A DNA stretch of 64,000 nucleotides from an uncultured Bacteroidales bacterium (GCA_946060685.1 CAMGOT010000001.1:62-64061), one strand, 5' to 3'. Shown: positions 28,742-38,693, counted from the stretch's first letter. Notes: generated by a model from the letters alone, not told the origin. Translations and numbers: made by a program.

Positions 28742-30001
28742 ATGAACGCTAAAAAAATCCTGCGGAAAGTGCATCTGTGGCTTTCCGTTCCCTTCGGCAT
28801 CATCCTCGTGGCCGTGGGATTCTCCGGGGCAATGCTTTCCTTCGAGACAGAAATCAGCGAGGCCCTCCACCCCGAACTCTATTTCGTGGAGCCCGCCGAC
28901 GGGCAGCCCATCCCCGTGGGGCGGCTGGTGCGGCTGGTGGCCTCCGAGCTGCCCGACAGCGTGGAGATAACGGAAGTCACCACCTTCCCCGACTCCCGGC
29001 GTGCCTACAAGATGAGCCTCTCCAGGCCCCGCCGCAGCGCCGTCTATGTGGACCAGTACTCGGGCGAGCTGAAAGGACGCTCCGAGCGGATGCCCTTCTT
29101 CGACTGCATGTTCCGCCTGCACCGCTGGCTGCTGGGGAGCGCCGAAAAGTCCGGCGGCATCGCATGGGGCAAGCTCCTCGTGGGCCTCGCCACGCTGGCC
29201 ATGGTCGTCATCGTCCTCACCGGCCTGCTCATGTGGCTGACGAACCGCCGCAAACCCCTCGCGCAGAGCCTGCGCATCAGCGTCACGAAGGGATGGCCGC
29301 GCTTCTGGCACGACCTCCACGTGGCGGGCGGCATCTATTCCACCGTGTTTCTCCTCGCCATCGGCCTGACGGGCCTCACGTGGTCATTCGGCTGGTATCG
29401 CACGGCCTTCTACTCCCTCTGCGGCGCGGCCCCCACGGCGCAGGAGCAGCATGAAGGGCAGCGCGGCGGCCATGGCGGCGAGGCGGCGGCAGCCCGCGGA
29501 CATCATGGAGCCGGGCAGCGGGGCATCCGCGATGCGGCCGCAGTCGGGAACCTGGATTGCCACCACGGCCACGGCGATGCTGGTGCCGAAGGCCGGCACC
29601 ACCACGACGGGGGCGCACACCATGGCGGAAATCCCTGGCGCACGGCCGAGGACGTGCGGCTGCTGGTGGCGGCCGACTATCCCGGCTATCGCCAGCTGAG
29701 CGTCGCCCCGGGCAAGATTTCCGTAGTGCCGAAGGACCGCCGCAGTCTTCGCGCCGCCGACGTGGTGGCCTATGATGTGGCCACGGGCGAGGTGACGGGC
29801 GTCACGCTGTATGCCGATCAGGACCGCGCCACCCGCGTGCGCGGAGCCGTCTATATGGTCCATACGGGCTCGTGGGGCGGCATAGTCATGCGCATTGTCA
29901 ACTGCCTCTCGGCGCTCATGGCCGCTGTCCTCGCCCTCACGGGCTATTACCTCTGGATAGCCCGCAGCCTGCGCCGCCGGAATCCGGCAGCACGGCATTG
30001 A
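28742..30001 (+). CDS. PepSY-associated TM helix domain protein (PiuB-like)
   Basis: KVHLWL, YVDQYSGE, RLHRWL, DLHVAGG, TGLTWSF, VHTGSWGG. Confidence 0.9.
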   Translation: MNAKKILRKVHLWLSVPFGIILVAVGFSGAMLSFETEISEALHPELYFVEPADGQPIPVGRLVRLVASELPDSVEITEVTTFPDSRRAYKMSLSRPRRSAVYVDQYSGELKGRSERMPFFDCMFRLHRWLLGSAEKSGGIAWGKLLVGLATLAMVVIVLTGLLMWLTNRRKPLAQSLRISVTKGWPRFWHDLHVAGGIYSTVFLLAIGLTGLTWSFGWYRTAFYSLCGAAPTAQEQHEGQRGGHGGEAAAARGHHGAGQRGIRDAAAVGNLDCHHGHGDAGAEGRHHHDGGAHHGGNPWRTAEDVRLLVAADYPGYRQLSVAPGKISVVPKDRRSLRAADVVAYDVATGEVTGVTLYADQDRATRVRGAVYMVHTGSWGGIVMRIVNCLSALMAAVLALTGYYLWIARSLRRRNPAARH

Positions 30002-30070
30002 GGCTGCGGAGGGATGTCCCGGCAGGCCGCAGAGGCGGAGAATCCGGACGAAAATCCCTCCCGAAACCGC

Positions 30071-30308
30071 AGGAAGCCGTCGAAGCCCTTCGACGGCTTC
30101 CTTTTGCACCGGGAGGCAGCGTCGTAGGGGTACGACGGGCACTTTTTTTCAAAATGAAGCCGTCGTAGGGGTACGACGGCCACTTTTTTTTCAAAATGAA
30201 GCCGTCGTAGGGGTACGACGGGCACTTTTTTTTCAAGATGAAGCCGTCGTAGGGGTACGACGGCTACTATTTTTTCAAGATGAAGCCGTCGTAGGGGTAC
30301 GACGGCTT
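30071..30308. repeat. tandem array of 6 palindromic units, period 41-42 bp
   Basis: Core CGTCGTAGGGGTACGACG at 30120, 30161, 30203, 30245 and 30287; variant CGTCGAAGCCCTTCGACG at 30078; near-identical T-rich linkers. Confidence 0.95.
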
Positions 30309-30433
30309 GGAGGGTTTTCGAAACAATTCCAAGAAGGGATGAGGGAGGTGGAAAAACACTTGGATATGGTGTTCGTCCTCTCTTTTTTATAAAAAAAAGG
30401 GTAGAAGATACTGTATATCCCAAAAATAACGAT

Positions 30434-30441
30434 TAATTTTG
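30434..30441 (+). promoter_or_regulatory. -7 box TAATTTTG for the DUF6261 gene
   Basis: TAnnTTTG about 57 nt upstream of ATG 30499. Confidence 0.6.
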
Positions 30442-30498
30442 CCGTCGTTATCGCGGATGTTGTTATCCGCTATTGTCTATTTTAAAATTTTTAAGATT

Positions 30499-31347
30499 AT
30501 GAAAGAAATTCAAGAAATTCCTCTTTCACGCATGAACAACGGTGCACACTTCACTTTTGTGACCAACATCCTTGCCCGTGCCGAGGCCGACAGCAAAGTG
30601 CAGGAAAAGGCCGGTGGCCTCGTGACGGCACTGAAAACTGCCGTGGCAGCCGAGGACGAAGCGCTGAAACTCTCGCAGAAGAGCCTGCTGACCGACGACA
30701 TTGCCAAGGCTGATGCCGACCGTGATGCCCTTTATCTGGGCTATAAGAAGGCCGTGGAGGCTTTCCTGTCGTTTCCCCTACAGGAAATGGCACAGGCGGC
30801 AAAGGAACTGGCACAGCACATCAAGGACTATCGCATCAACCCTGCCGACCAGCTCGACAAGGAGACGGGTCTGCTCGTGAACTTCATCGCCGACCTGGAG
30901 ACGAAGTATGCCACGCAGGTGAGCAAGCTCGGACTCACGGCTTTCGTCACGAGCATGAAGGAGGCCAACGAGCGCGTGCGCTCCTTCACCCTCCAGCGCA
31001 CGGAGAACCGCATGACGCAGAATGTGGGTGCCATGAAAGCCGCACGAACAGCCGCCGACGAGGCCTACCGCCAGCTGGTGAAGATGGTCAACGCCCTGGC
31101 CATGGTGTTCGGCGAGGCCGACTATGTGGCGTTCATCGACTATGTGAACACTGAAATCGTGCAGTTCAAGCGCCAGGTGTTGGGCCAGAAGGCCGGCACC
31201 ACCACTTCCTCCACCACGCCCTCCGAAGAGGAGCCCACCACGCCTCCTGCCGGCGGCGGGGACGCAGGCGGGACCGGCGGCGGCGAGAGCGGCGGCGGAA
31301 CCGGGGGCGGCGGGGCCGACGAAATCCCCGATCCTGAAGACCCTTGA
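30499..31347 (+). CDS. DUF6261 family (HagB/HagC-like) all-helical protein with Gly/acidic tail
   Basis: MKEIQEIPLSRMNNGAHF..SQKSLLTDDIAKADADRD..ETGLLVNFIADL..AYRQLVKMVNA..FIDYVN; no signal peptide. Confidence 0.8.
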   Translation: MKEIQEIPLSRMNNGAHFTFVTNILARAEADSKVQEKAGGLVTALKTAVAAEDEALKLSQKSLLTDDIAKADADRDALYLGYKKAVEAFLSFPLQEMAQAAKELAQHIKDYRINPADQLDKETGLLVNFIADLETKYATQVSKLGLTAFVTSMKEANERVRSFTLQRTENRMTQNVGAMKAARTAADEAYRQLVKMVNALAMVFGEADYVAFIDYVNTEIVQFKRQVLGQKAGTTTSSTTPSEEEPTTPPAGGGDAGGTGGGESGGGTGGGGADEIPDPEDP

Positions 31348-31478
31348 GGCACGCAGCGTACTGATGCGCCTCGATGGAGCATCCTGACAGCAATGAAAAT
31401 CCAAGAGGACCGGAGGCCAAAGCCCCCGGTCCTCTTCGCGTATGGCCGCATAGGAAATGCGGCATGCAGCCCGGCATG

Positions 31479-32291
31479 CTATGCCAGTCCTGCCACGAGG
31501 CCGCGGATGATGGTCGCCAGCTTGGGCTGCGCGGCATTGGCAGCCTGCTGCACCTCCTCGTGCGACACCTCGACGATGCTGCCTTCCACACCCATGTCGG
31601 TGATGATGCTCACGCCGAACACCCGCATGCCCTGATGGCGGGCGACGATGACCTCCGGCACTGTACTCATCCCCACGGCGTCGCCGCCGAGGATGCGGTA
31701 CATGCGGTACTCCGCCGGAGTCTCGTAGGTGGGGCCGCTCACGCCGACGTAGACACCCTCCTGAACCTGTATGCCATGGCTGCGCGCTATGGCATGGGCG
31801 CGCGCCAGGAGTTGGCGGTCGTAGGCCTCGCTCATGTCGGGGAAGCGGGGGCCGAAGGGAAGGTTGCGACCGCGGAGGGGATGCTCGGGGAAGAAATTGA
31901 TGTGGTCGCGGATGAGCATGATGTCGCCCACCGAGAAGGCGGGGTTCATGCCACCGGCGGCATTGCTCACGAAGAGCGTGCGGATGCCCACCTCGTGCAT
32001 CACGCGGAGGGGGAACGTCACCGTGGGCATGTCGTAGCCCTCATAGTAGTGGAAACGCCCCTGCATGGCCAGCACGGGAGTGGCGCCCAGACGCCCGAAG
32101 AGCAGGCGGCCCGTGTGGCCCTCCACCGTCGATACGGGGAAGTGGGGGATGGAGGAATATTCAAAACTGGCGGTCACCTCGATATCCTTCGCCACCTGGC
32201 CCAGGCCGGTGCCCAGGATGATGGCGATGGTGGGACGTTCTGTGGTGTGGCTCAGCAGCCACGATGCGGTTTCTTGAATCTTTCTAAGCAT
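31479..32291 (-). CDS. punA: purine-nucleoside phosphorylase (trimeric type)
   Basis: ILGTGLG, STVEGH, GRFHYYEG, SNAAGG, GPTYETPAE, VGMSTVPE. Confidence 0.93.
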   Translation of the reverse strand: MLRKIQETASWLLSHTTERPTIAIILGTGLGQVAKDIEVTASFEYSSIPHFPVSTVEGHTGRLLFGRLGATPVLAMQGRFHYYEGYDMPTVTFPLRVMHEVGIRTLFVSNAAGGMNPAFSVGDIMLIRDHINFFPEHPLRGRNLPFGPRFPDMSEAYDRQLLARAHAIARSHGIQVQEGVYVGVSGPTYETPAEYRMYRILGGDAVGMSTVPEVIVARHQGMRVFGVSIITDMGVEGSIVEVSHEEVQQAANAAQPKLATIIRGLVAGLA

Positions 32292-33271
32292 GACAGGAAT
32301 TCATTTTCTTGGTTGAATAGGATGCCGATGCCCACCTCCTGCACGATGATGTGCTGCACCAGCTCCGGCGGCAGTCCGGCGCTGAGCAGGCGGGCGTAGT
32401 CCTTCGCCGTGGTGACGATGCAGGAGCCGGAGCGCAGGATGTGGATGATGTCGCGGAGGTCGGAGAGGGAAAAGCGATGGTGGTCGGGGTAGCGCAGATG
32501 CCGCTCAATGGCGATGCCCGATGCCGCGAGATGCTCCGCCAGCGGCTCGGGGCGGGCGATGCCCGTGAGGAGCACGGCGCTGTGGCACTCGGAGGGGAGG
32601 GCGAGGGGAGCGTAGACCATGGTGGAGAAGAACACCCGCTGGCGCGCTGTGGGCTGCAGCCGCTCCACGATGGCGCGGCGTTCGGCCTCGGAAAGCGCGG
32701 GCGGACATTTGCTGACGATGATGACGTCGGCCCGCCGCGCTCCCTGCCGGCTTTCGCGCAGGCGGCCCGCCGGCAGCACATGGTCGGAGGAGTAGAGGCG
32801 GGACCAGTCGGTGAGGAGGAGGCTGAAGTGCGGCTTCACGTAGCGGTGCTGGAAGGCATCGTCGAGGAGCACGACATCGGGGGCCTCGGCCTCGGCCTCC
32901 AGCCGCCGCAGTCCGGCGGCGCGGCGCTCGCACACCGCCACCTGCACGCGGCCGCTGAAGCGGCGGAACATCTGCAGGGGCTCGTCGCCCACCTCGCCCG
33001 ACGTGCTCGCCGGACCTGCGCTGCGGTAGCCGCGGGTGGTGCGGCCGTAGCCGCGGGAAAGGATGGCCACGCGGAGGCCGGAGGAGAGGAAATGGCGGGC
33101 TAGAAATTCGGTGTGGGGGGTCTTTCCCGTGCCGCCGACGGCAAGATTGCCGATGCTGAGGGTGGCCACCGAGGGGCGGTAGGAGGGAAGGAGGCCGAAA
33201 TCGAACAGACGGTTGCGGAGCGAGACCACGAGCGTGTAGAGCCAGGATAAGGGCAGGAGAAGGCGGTACAT
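32252..33271 (-). CDS. lpxK: tetraacyldisaccharide 4'-kinase
   Basis: GNLAVGGTGKTP, LSRGYGR, GDEP, LDDAFQH, PAGRLRE, YPDHH. Confidence 0.95.
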   Translation of the reverse strand: MYRLLLPLSWLYTLVVSLRNRLFDFGLLPSYRPSVATLSIGNLAVGGTGKTPHTEFLARHFLSSGLRVAILSRGYGRTTRGYRSAGPASTSGEVGDEPLQMFRRFSGRVQVAVCERRAAGLRRLEAEAEAPDVVLLDDAFQHRYVKPHFSLLLTDWSRLYSSDHVLPAGRLRESRQGARRADVIIVSKCPPALSEAERRAIVERLQPTARQRVFFSTMVYAPLALPSECHSAVLLTGIARPEPLAEHLAASGIAIERHLRYPDHHRFSLSDLRDIIHILRSGSCIVTTAKDYARLLSAGLPPELVQHIIVQEVGIGILFNQENEFLSCLERFKKPHRGC

Positions 33272-33483
33272 GACAGGAGGATGATGGGGGGACATGGAGT
33301 GGGGGAGGGCAGGGGAAAGGGGGGAGGGGACGGAGGGCCGCACTGCTCGGCGGCCTGCATCCCTTCCCCCCCTTGGCCTGGCGGAGCCTGCCGGGGAGGG
33401 CAGGAGGAAACGGAGGGGAATGGGGAGGAAGGAGGGGCGTGGATGGCCGGCAGGGCATCCGCCGTCCGTCGTGGCATGGAACA

Positions 33484-33508
33484 TCATTCCTCATTCCTCA
33501 TTCCTCAT
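33484..33508. repeat. heptamer tandem repeat (TCATTCC)x3.5
   Basis: Read directly; immediately 3' of the sppA stop. Confidence 0.85.
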
Positions 33509-33517
33509 GGCAGCATT

Positions 33518-35305
33518 TCATTTCAGGTTGGGCAGATAGAGCATGCGGGCCTGGAGGAAGGAGTTCTGCCCGGCGTCGCGGATGAAGCGCAGGGGCTCGT
33601 AGTATTCGCCGAGGGTGGCGCGCAGTTTCCGCTCCAGATAGTCGTCGGTGTCGGCGCTGTTCATGAGGTTCTCAATCCATTCGGCCGGCTCGGGATATTG
33701 TGCCACGCTGTAGTCGTCGGCCTTGAGCTTGGCCAGTTCGGCAGCCTTCTTCACGGCATCGTCGAGGGTGCCGAGCTTGTCGACGAGTCCGAGCTTCAGG
33801 GCCTGCTTGCCCGTCCATACGCGGCCCTGTCCGATGCGGTCGACGTCGTCGGGCGTCATCTTGCGGCCCGCTGCCGTGCGGCCTGCTGCCACGCGGGAGA
33901 TGAAGAGGCGGTAGCCACGGTCGACGTAGGCCTGCATGGCCTCGCCTTCGGCAGCGTTGAAGGGGCGGCCCGGCGCGCCGAAGTCGGAGCTGGCATTCGT
34001 CTTCACCACATCAAAGGAGAGGCCCAGCTTGTCGCACAGCAGGCCGCTGGCATCGGGCACCATGCCGAAGATGCCGATGCTGCCCGTCAGCGTGGTGGGC
34101 TCGGCCACGATATAGTTGGCGCCGCAGCTCATGTAGTAGCCGCCGCTCGCTGCAAGGCCGCTCATCGACACCACGACGGGCTTCTTCTGCTTCAGCAGCT
34201 GGATGGCACGCCACATCTGCTCGCTGGCATAGGCAGAACCGCCGCCGGAATTGATGCGCAGCACCACGGCCTCCACATCGTCGTCGGAAGCCAGGGCATC
34301 GAGGTCGCTCACCACCTGGCTGCCCACAATCTCGCTCTCGCTGCCGAAACTCGTGGCGGAAGCCTGGTCGACGATGCTGCCCTCGGCGATGTACACCGCC
34401 ACCTTCTTCTCATGCTGCTTCGTAGGGGCTGTCTGGCAGAGCTCGGAAGCGCCGACCAGCTTCAACTCGTCGGCACCGGCCTTCGTGCGGAGAGAGGCAC
34501 GCACCTGGTCGATGTAGGCCAGGCGGTCGACGAGGCGCTGCTTCACATAGTCCTTCGTGTCGGCAAAGATGATATAGCGGTCGGCACAGGCATTGAGCTG
34601 CTCCACGCTCACCTTGCGGCTCTTCGACACATCAGCAGTGACGATCTGCCAGATGTCGGTGATGAAGCTCGACACCTGCTCGCGGTTGGCATCGCTCATG
34701 GAGGTGAGGATATAGGGCTCCACGGCACTCTTGTAGGTGCCGACCTTGAACACCTGCATCTTCACGCCCAGCTTCTCCAGGAGGCCCGTGTAGAAAATGG
34801 GCTGCGAGGCAATGCCGTGCCAGTCGATCATGCCGAGCGGATTGAGCATGATGCTGTCGGCCACGCTGGCCACGTAGTAGCTGCTCTGGGCATACTGGTC
34901 GGCATAGGCGTAAATCCACTTGCCCGACTTCTTGAAATCCTGCAGCTCGCTGCGGAGATACTGCATGGAGGCCATGTCGCCGGCGAGCGAACCGCCGTCG
35001 AGATAGATGCCCTCAATCTTGTCGTTGGTCTTGGCAAGACGGATGGCCTGAATCATCTGGTCGAGCCCCTGGCTCTCCATGTTGGCCTTGCCGAGCAATT
35101 CGTCGAAGGGGCTGGAGGGCTGGCCCTGCTCGGTGAGCGTGCCGGAAAGGCGCAGACGCAGGATGCTGTGGTCCTCGATGCTCGTGCCGTCGCTGCCGAT
35201 GACGGAAAGCGTGCCGGCCATCATGATGAAGAGCAGGAAGGCAAAGAGGTGGACAAGGACGATGCCACAGATGGTGGCAAGCGTGTACTTTACAAACTCT
35301 TTCAT
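33518..35305 (-). CDS. sppA: signal peptide peptidase, 67K type
   Basis: [36 protein letters not shown]. Confidence 0.95.
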   Translation of the reverse strand: MKEFVKYTLATICGIVLVHLFAFLLFIMMAGTLSVIGSDGTSIEDHSILRLRLSGTLTEQGQPSSPFDELLGKANMESQGLDQMIQAIRLAKTNDKIEGIYLDGGSLAGDMASMQYLRSELQDFKKSGKWIYAYADQYAQSSYYVASVADSIMLNPLGMIDWHGIASQPIFYTGLLEKLGVKMQVFKVGTYKSAVEPYILTSMSDANREQVSSFITDIWQIVTADVSKSRKVSVEQLNACADRYIIFADTKDYVKQRLVDRLAYIDQVRASLRTKAGADELKLVGASELCQTAPTKQHEKKVAVYIAEGSIVDQASATSFGSESEIVGSQVVSDLDALASDDDVEAVVLRINSGGGSAYASEQMWRAIQLLKQKKPVVVSMSGLAASGGYYMSCGANYIVAEPTTLTGSIGIFGMVPDASGLLCDKLGLSFDVVKTNASSDFGAPGRPFNAAEGEAMQAYVDRGYRLFISRVAAGRTAAGRKMTPDDVDRIGQGRVWTGKQALKLGLVDKLGTLDDAVKKAAELAKLKADDYSVAQYPEPAEWIENLMNSADTDDYLERKLRATLGEYYEPLRFIRDAGQNSFLQARMLYLPNLK

Positions 35306-35406
35306 AGTGGTAATGGTTTTGATTGATGGTTATGGTTCTGTTTTTTCGGAATGAACATCCTGGCGTGGAAGATGGCGAAGGGCGTAGGGCTCCGGTCTGG
35401 CCTGCC

Positions 35407-36165
35407 CTACGGCGTGCGGACCACGAGCTCCACGGGGCAGTGGTCGGAGCCGAACACCTCGCTATGGATGGCGGCACTCTCCAGCTGCGCGTCGAGGGCG
35501 CGGGAGGTGATGAAATAGTCGATGCGCCACCCCGCATTCTTTTCGCGGGCGCGGAAGCGGTAGCTCCACCAGGAGTAGGCCTCGGCGAGGTCGGGATGGA
35601 AGAAGCGGAAGGTATCGGTGAAGCCCGAGTCGAGCAGGCGCGTCATGCAGGCGCGCTCCTCATCGGTGAAGCCCGCGTTGCGGCGGTTGGTCTTGGGATT
35701 CTTCAGGTCGATTTCGCGGTGGGCCACATTGAGGTCGCCGCAGAGCACCACTGGCTTGCGCTCCTCCAGACGCTTGAGGAAGGCGAGGAAATCCGCCTCC
35801 CACTGCAGGCGGTAGTCCAGGCGGCGAAGGCCGTCCTGGGAGTTGGGAGTATAGCAGGTGGTGAGGAAGAAGGCGGGAAATTCCAGCGTGATGATGCGCC
35901 CCTCGTGGTCGTGCTCCTCAATGCCCATGCCATAGGCCACGCTGAGGGGCTTGACGCGGGTGAAGATGGCGGTGCCGGAATAGCCTTTCTTCTCGGCATA
36001 GTTCCAGAAGGCCTCGTAGCCTTCGGGCCGGAGGTCAATCTGCCCGGCCTGGAGCTTCGTCTCCTGAAGGCAGAAGCAGTCGGCGTCGAGGGCGGCAAAA
36101 CTCGCCTCGAAGCCTTTCTCGCAGCAGGCACGAAGACCGTTGACATTCCATGAGATGAGTTTCAT
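35407..36165 (-). CDS. xth: exodeoxyribonuclease III
   Basis: ISWNVNGLR, LQETK, GDLNVAH, GWRIDY, SDHCP. Confidence 0.96.
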   Translation of the reverse strand: MKLISWNVNGLRACCEKGFEASFAALDADCFCLQETKLQAGQIDLRPEGYEAFWNYAEKKGYSGTAIFTRVKPLSVAYGMGIEEHDHEGRIITLEFPAFFLTTCYTPNSQDGLRRLDYRLQWEADFLAFLKRLEERKPVVLCGDLNVAHREIDLKNPKTNRRNAGFTDEERACMTRLLDSGFTDTFRFFHPDLAEAYSWWSYRFRAREKNAGWRIDYFITSRALDAQLESAAIHSEVFGSDHCPVELVVRTP

Positions 36166-36428
36166 ATATATATAGGAATAGGGGAAAGGGGAAAATGTGG
36201 AAGCGGGGAAAAAAAGGGATGCCAAGCCTGCCGGGCGGGAGGGCGCAGACCTTGCGGATGCTCCCCGTGTGCAGGCTTGGCATGGGATAGGAAAAAAGAG
36301 GGCGCGGACGCTGCTACAGGCACGTTACATTACAAAAATAAAAAGCAGTGTAAATGTCAAAGTAAAAGTAATATGGCAACGTAATTTTGCATGTAGGGGG
36401 GCGTCCGCGCCGTGGGTACAGGCGGGAA

Positions 36429-38693
36429 TCAGAGAATCACCTTCTGCCCGTCGACAATGGCAAAGTCGCCCTTCACGCTACGGCGGAGGCGGCGGCCCGA
36501 AAGGTCGTAGACGGAGGCGGGAGAAGGGCCGGCATCGAGCGTGGCATGGTGCGTGCCGTCGGGCATGGAGATGAGTTCCACCTTATAGAACGATGCGCCG
36601 TTGGCAGTGCCGTGGGCGAAGAGGCGGGTGTGGGTGGCGTTCGACACATTGTTGTTCACCGCCACCGCAGTGTTGGCCACGGGGCAGATGGCCACGTAGC
36701 CGCTCATCGTCGTCTCGTCGAACGTCCAGGCCATCTTTTTCGTGTCGAGGCTCACCATGCTGCCGCTCGCCGTGGAGGAAGCGTAGAGATATTTGCCGCT
36801 CTCCTGGCTGCGGATGTAGTATTCCCCCTCCTTGCCGTTGGACTCCAGAAGCCATTCGGTGCAGGCATCGGCCTGGCCGTTGAGCGTCCCCTTGTTGTCG
36901 GCAAGGCAGCGCGGGCGGTCGCCGCTCTGGTTGGTGAACGTCACGACGGCGCCGTCCTTGAGGGGATTCTCGTAGACGCGGTGGATATATCCGTCCATCC
37001 AGTGGCGGGCGTAGATGTAGCCTCCGGCGTCGAGCATCTGCGTGTCGAGCGTCAGACGCTCCTTGAAGTCCGTCCAGTTCTTCTTCGACTGGGTGCTCCA
37101 GCCGGCCTCGGCCACGCAGATGAGGCGCGGGAGGGCCAGATATTCCAGGTACTCGTTGGAGGACACGTGTTCCGTCCAGAAGGTGCCCTGCACGCCGATG
37201 AAGTGGGCGGCATCGGCCGAGGAGACGCTCGCCGGCACGGGCACGTAGTTGTAGCAGCCCTCCACGGTGTCGTCGCCGTAGCCGGCACCCGTGGGCTCGC
37301 CGTAGTCGTTGCTCTGGCGGCGGTTGATGTAGTAGCCTCCGCCGGCAGCATGATATTCCGTGACGATGGCGTCAAGGCCCATCTGGGCAGCCTTCAGCGC
37401 ACCGCTTTGGCAGGGATTCCAGCACATGATGGTGGCACCCGTCTGCTTCATGAGGTCGAGGTCGGAGCCACCGGCGGTGATGCTCTCGTTCCAGCAGAAG
37501 AGACGCTTCCCCTTCGTGGCCACGAAGTCGGAAATGTCCTTGATGAAATGAGTCTGCAGGGCGCGGTAGCTGGAAAGCCCAAGCTCCTTGTAGCGCGCCT
37601 GGCAGGCGGCGTTCGACTCCCACTGGCTCGTGGGGCATTCGTCGCCACCGATGTGGATGTAGGGATAGGGGAAGATGTCGCACAGTTCGCTCAGGATATT
37701 CTTGGCAAATTCCACGGCGGCGGGATTGGCCACGTTGAGCACATTCGAGGAGATGCCGCCGTTGGTCCATACCGAGGGCGGGTTGGAGGGGTCGCAGCTG
37801 AATTCGGGATAGGAAGCCATGGCGGCAACGAAATGGCCCGGCATGTCGACTTCGGGGAGCACGTCGATGTGGCGCGCGGCAGCGTAGGCCACTACATCGC
37901 GCATCTCTTCCTGGGTATAGAAGTAGGGGCCGTAGGGCTTGCCCGTGTAGGCACCCTCGCCGGTCCACCAGTAGTCGTCGACGAGATAGATGTCGGTGTT
38001 CCAACTGTCGGAACGCTTGGCACCGACGGTGGTGAGTTTCGGATATTGCTTGATTTCGGCACGCCATCCCTGGTCGTCGGTGAGATGCCAGTGGAAGACG
38101 TTCATCTTGTAGATGGCCATCAGGTCAAGGAAGCGCTTGATTTCCTCCACCGTGAAGAAGTGGCGGCTCACGTCGAGCATGAAGCCGCGATAGCCGAAGC
38201 GCGGCGTGTCGGTGATGCTCACCACGGGGAGGGAATAGACGTCGCCCTCCTTCCCCGGGAGCTCCAGCCCCACGTGGGGCGGCAGCATCTTGCGGATGCT
38301 CTGGAAGCCGTAGAAGAAGCCGGCGGAGGTGAGCGAGGAGAGCGTGATGGAGTTCTCCTTGATGACCAGGCGATAGCCCTCCGTGCCGACGTTGGAGGCC
38401 GAACCCGTGTAGGGCGCCACCTGGATGAAGGCGTTCTCCACGCTATGCTGCAGAGAAATGTCGTAGCCCTTCATGCTCGCCTTCAGCGCGTCGACGAAAC
38501 GCCGGGCCTCCACCATGGCGGTGTCGCCCAGTTCGGCCGAAACGCCCACGGCAAACGACTGCGGGAAGACGCAGGCACCGTCGTAGAGAATCACGTTCTT
38601 CGGACGCGGAGTGAGATTTACAAAGCCCTTCTCGGCCTGGGAGGGCAGGGAACCGAGAAGAAGGGTCAGGAGAATGACGAGAAAATGTTTCAT
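36429..38693 (-). CDS. GH20 beta-N-acetylhexosaminidase with T9SS C-terminal domain
   Basis: RGFMLDVSRHF, HWHLTDDQGWR, PEVDMPGH, HIGGDE, WTE; C-terminal VYDLSGRR. Confidence 0.92.
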   Translation of the reverse strand: MKHFLVILLTLLLGSLPSQAEKGFVNLTPRPKNVILYDGACVFPQSFAVGVSAELGDTAMVEARRFVDALKASMKGYDISLQHSVENAFIQVAPYTGSASNVGTEGYRLVIKENSITLSSLTSAGFFYGFQSIRKMLPPHVGLELPGKEGDVYSLPVVSITDTPRFGYRGFMLDVSRHFFTVEEIKRFLDLMAIYKMNVFHWHLTDDQGWRAEIKQYPKLTTVGAKRSDSWNTDIYLVDDYWWTGEGAYTGKPYGPYFYTQEEMRDVVAYAAARHIDVLPEVDMPGHFVAAMASYPEFSCDPSNPPSVWTNGGISSNVLNVANPAAVEFAKNILSELCDIFPYPYIHIGGDECPTSQWESNAACQARYKELGLSSYRALQTHFIKDISDFVATKGKRLFCWNESITAGGSDLDLMKQTGATIMCWNPCQSGALKAAQMGLDAIVTEYHAAGGGYYINRRQSNDYGEPTGAGYGDDTVEGCYNYVPVPASVSSADAAHFIGVQGTFWTEHVSSNEYLEYLALPRLICVAEAGWSTQSKKNWTDFKERLTLDTQMLDAGGYIYARHWMDGYIHRVYENPLKDGAVVTFTNQSGDRPRCLADNKGTLNGQADACTEWLLESNGKEGEYYIRSQESGKYLYASSTASGSMVSLDTKKMAWTFDETTMSGYVAICPVANTAVAVNNNVSNATHTRLFAHGTANGASFYKVELISMPDGTHHATLDAGPSPASVYDLSGRRLRRSVKGDFAIVDGQKVIL

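Noticed and set aside
30071-30308. CRISPR array
   Set aside because: Inter-palindrome segments are near-identical rather than unique spacers, the period is too short, and no cas genes are present
29937-30423. Minus-strand ORFs with repeated VVPLRRLH / PSYPYDG peptides
   Set aside because: By-product of the 42-bp (multiple of 3) repeat; they overlap pepSY
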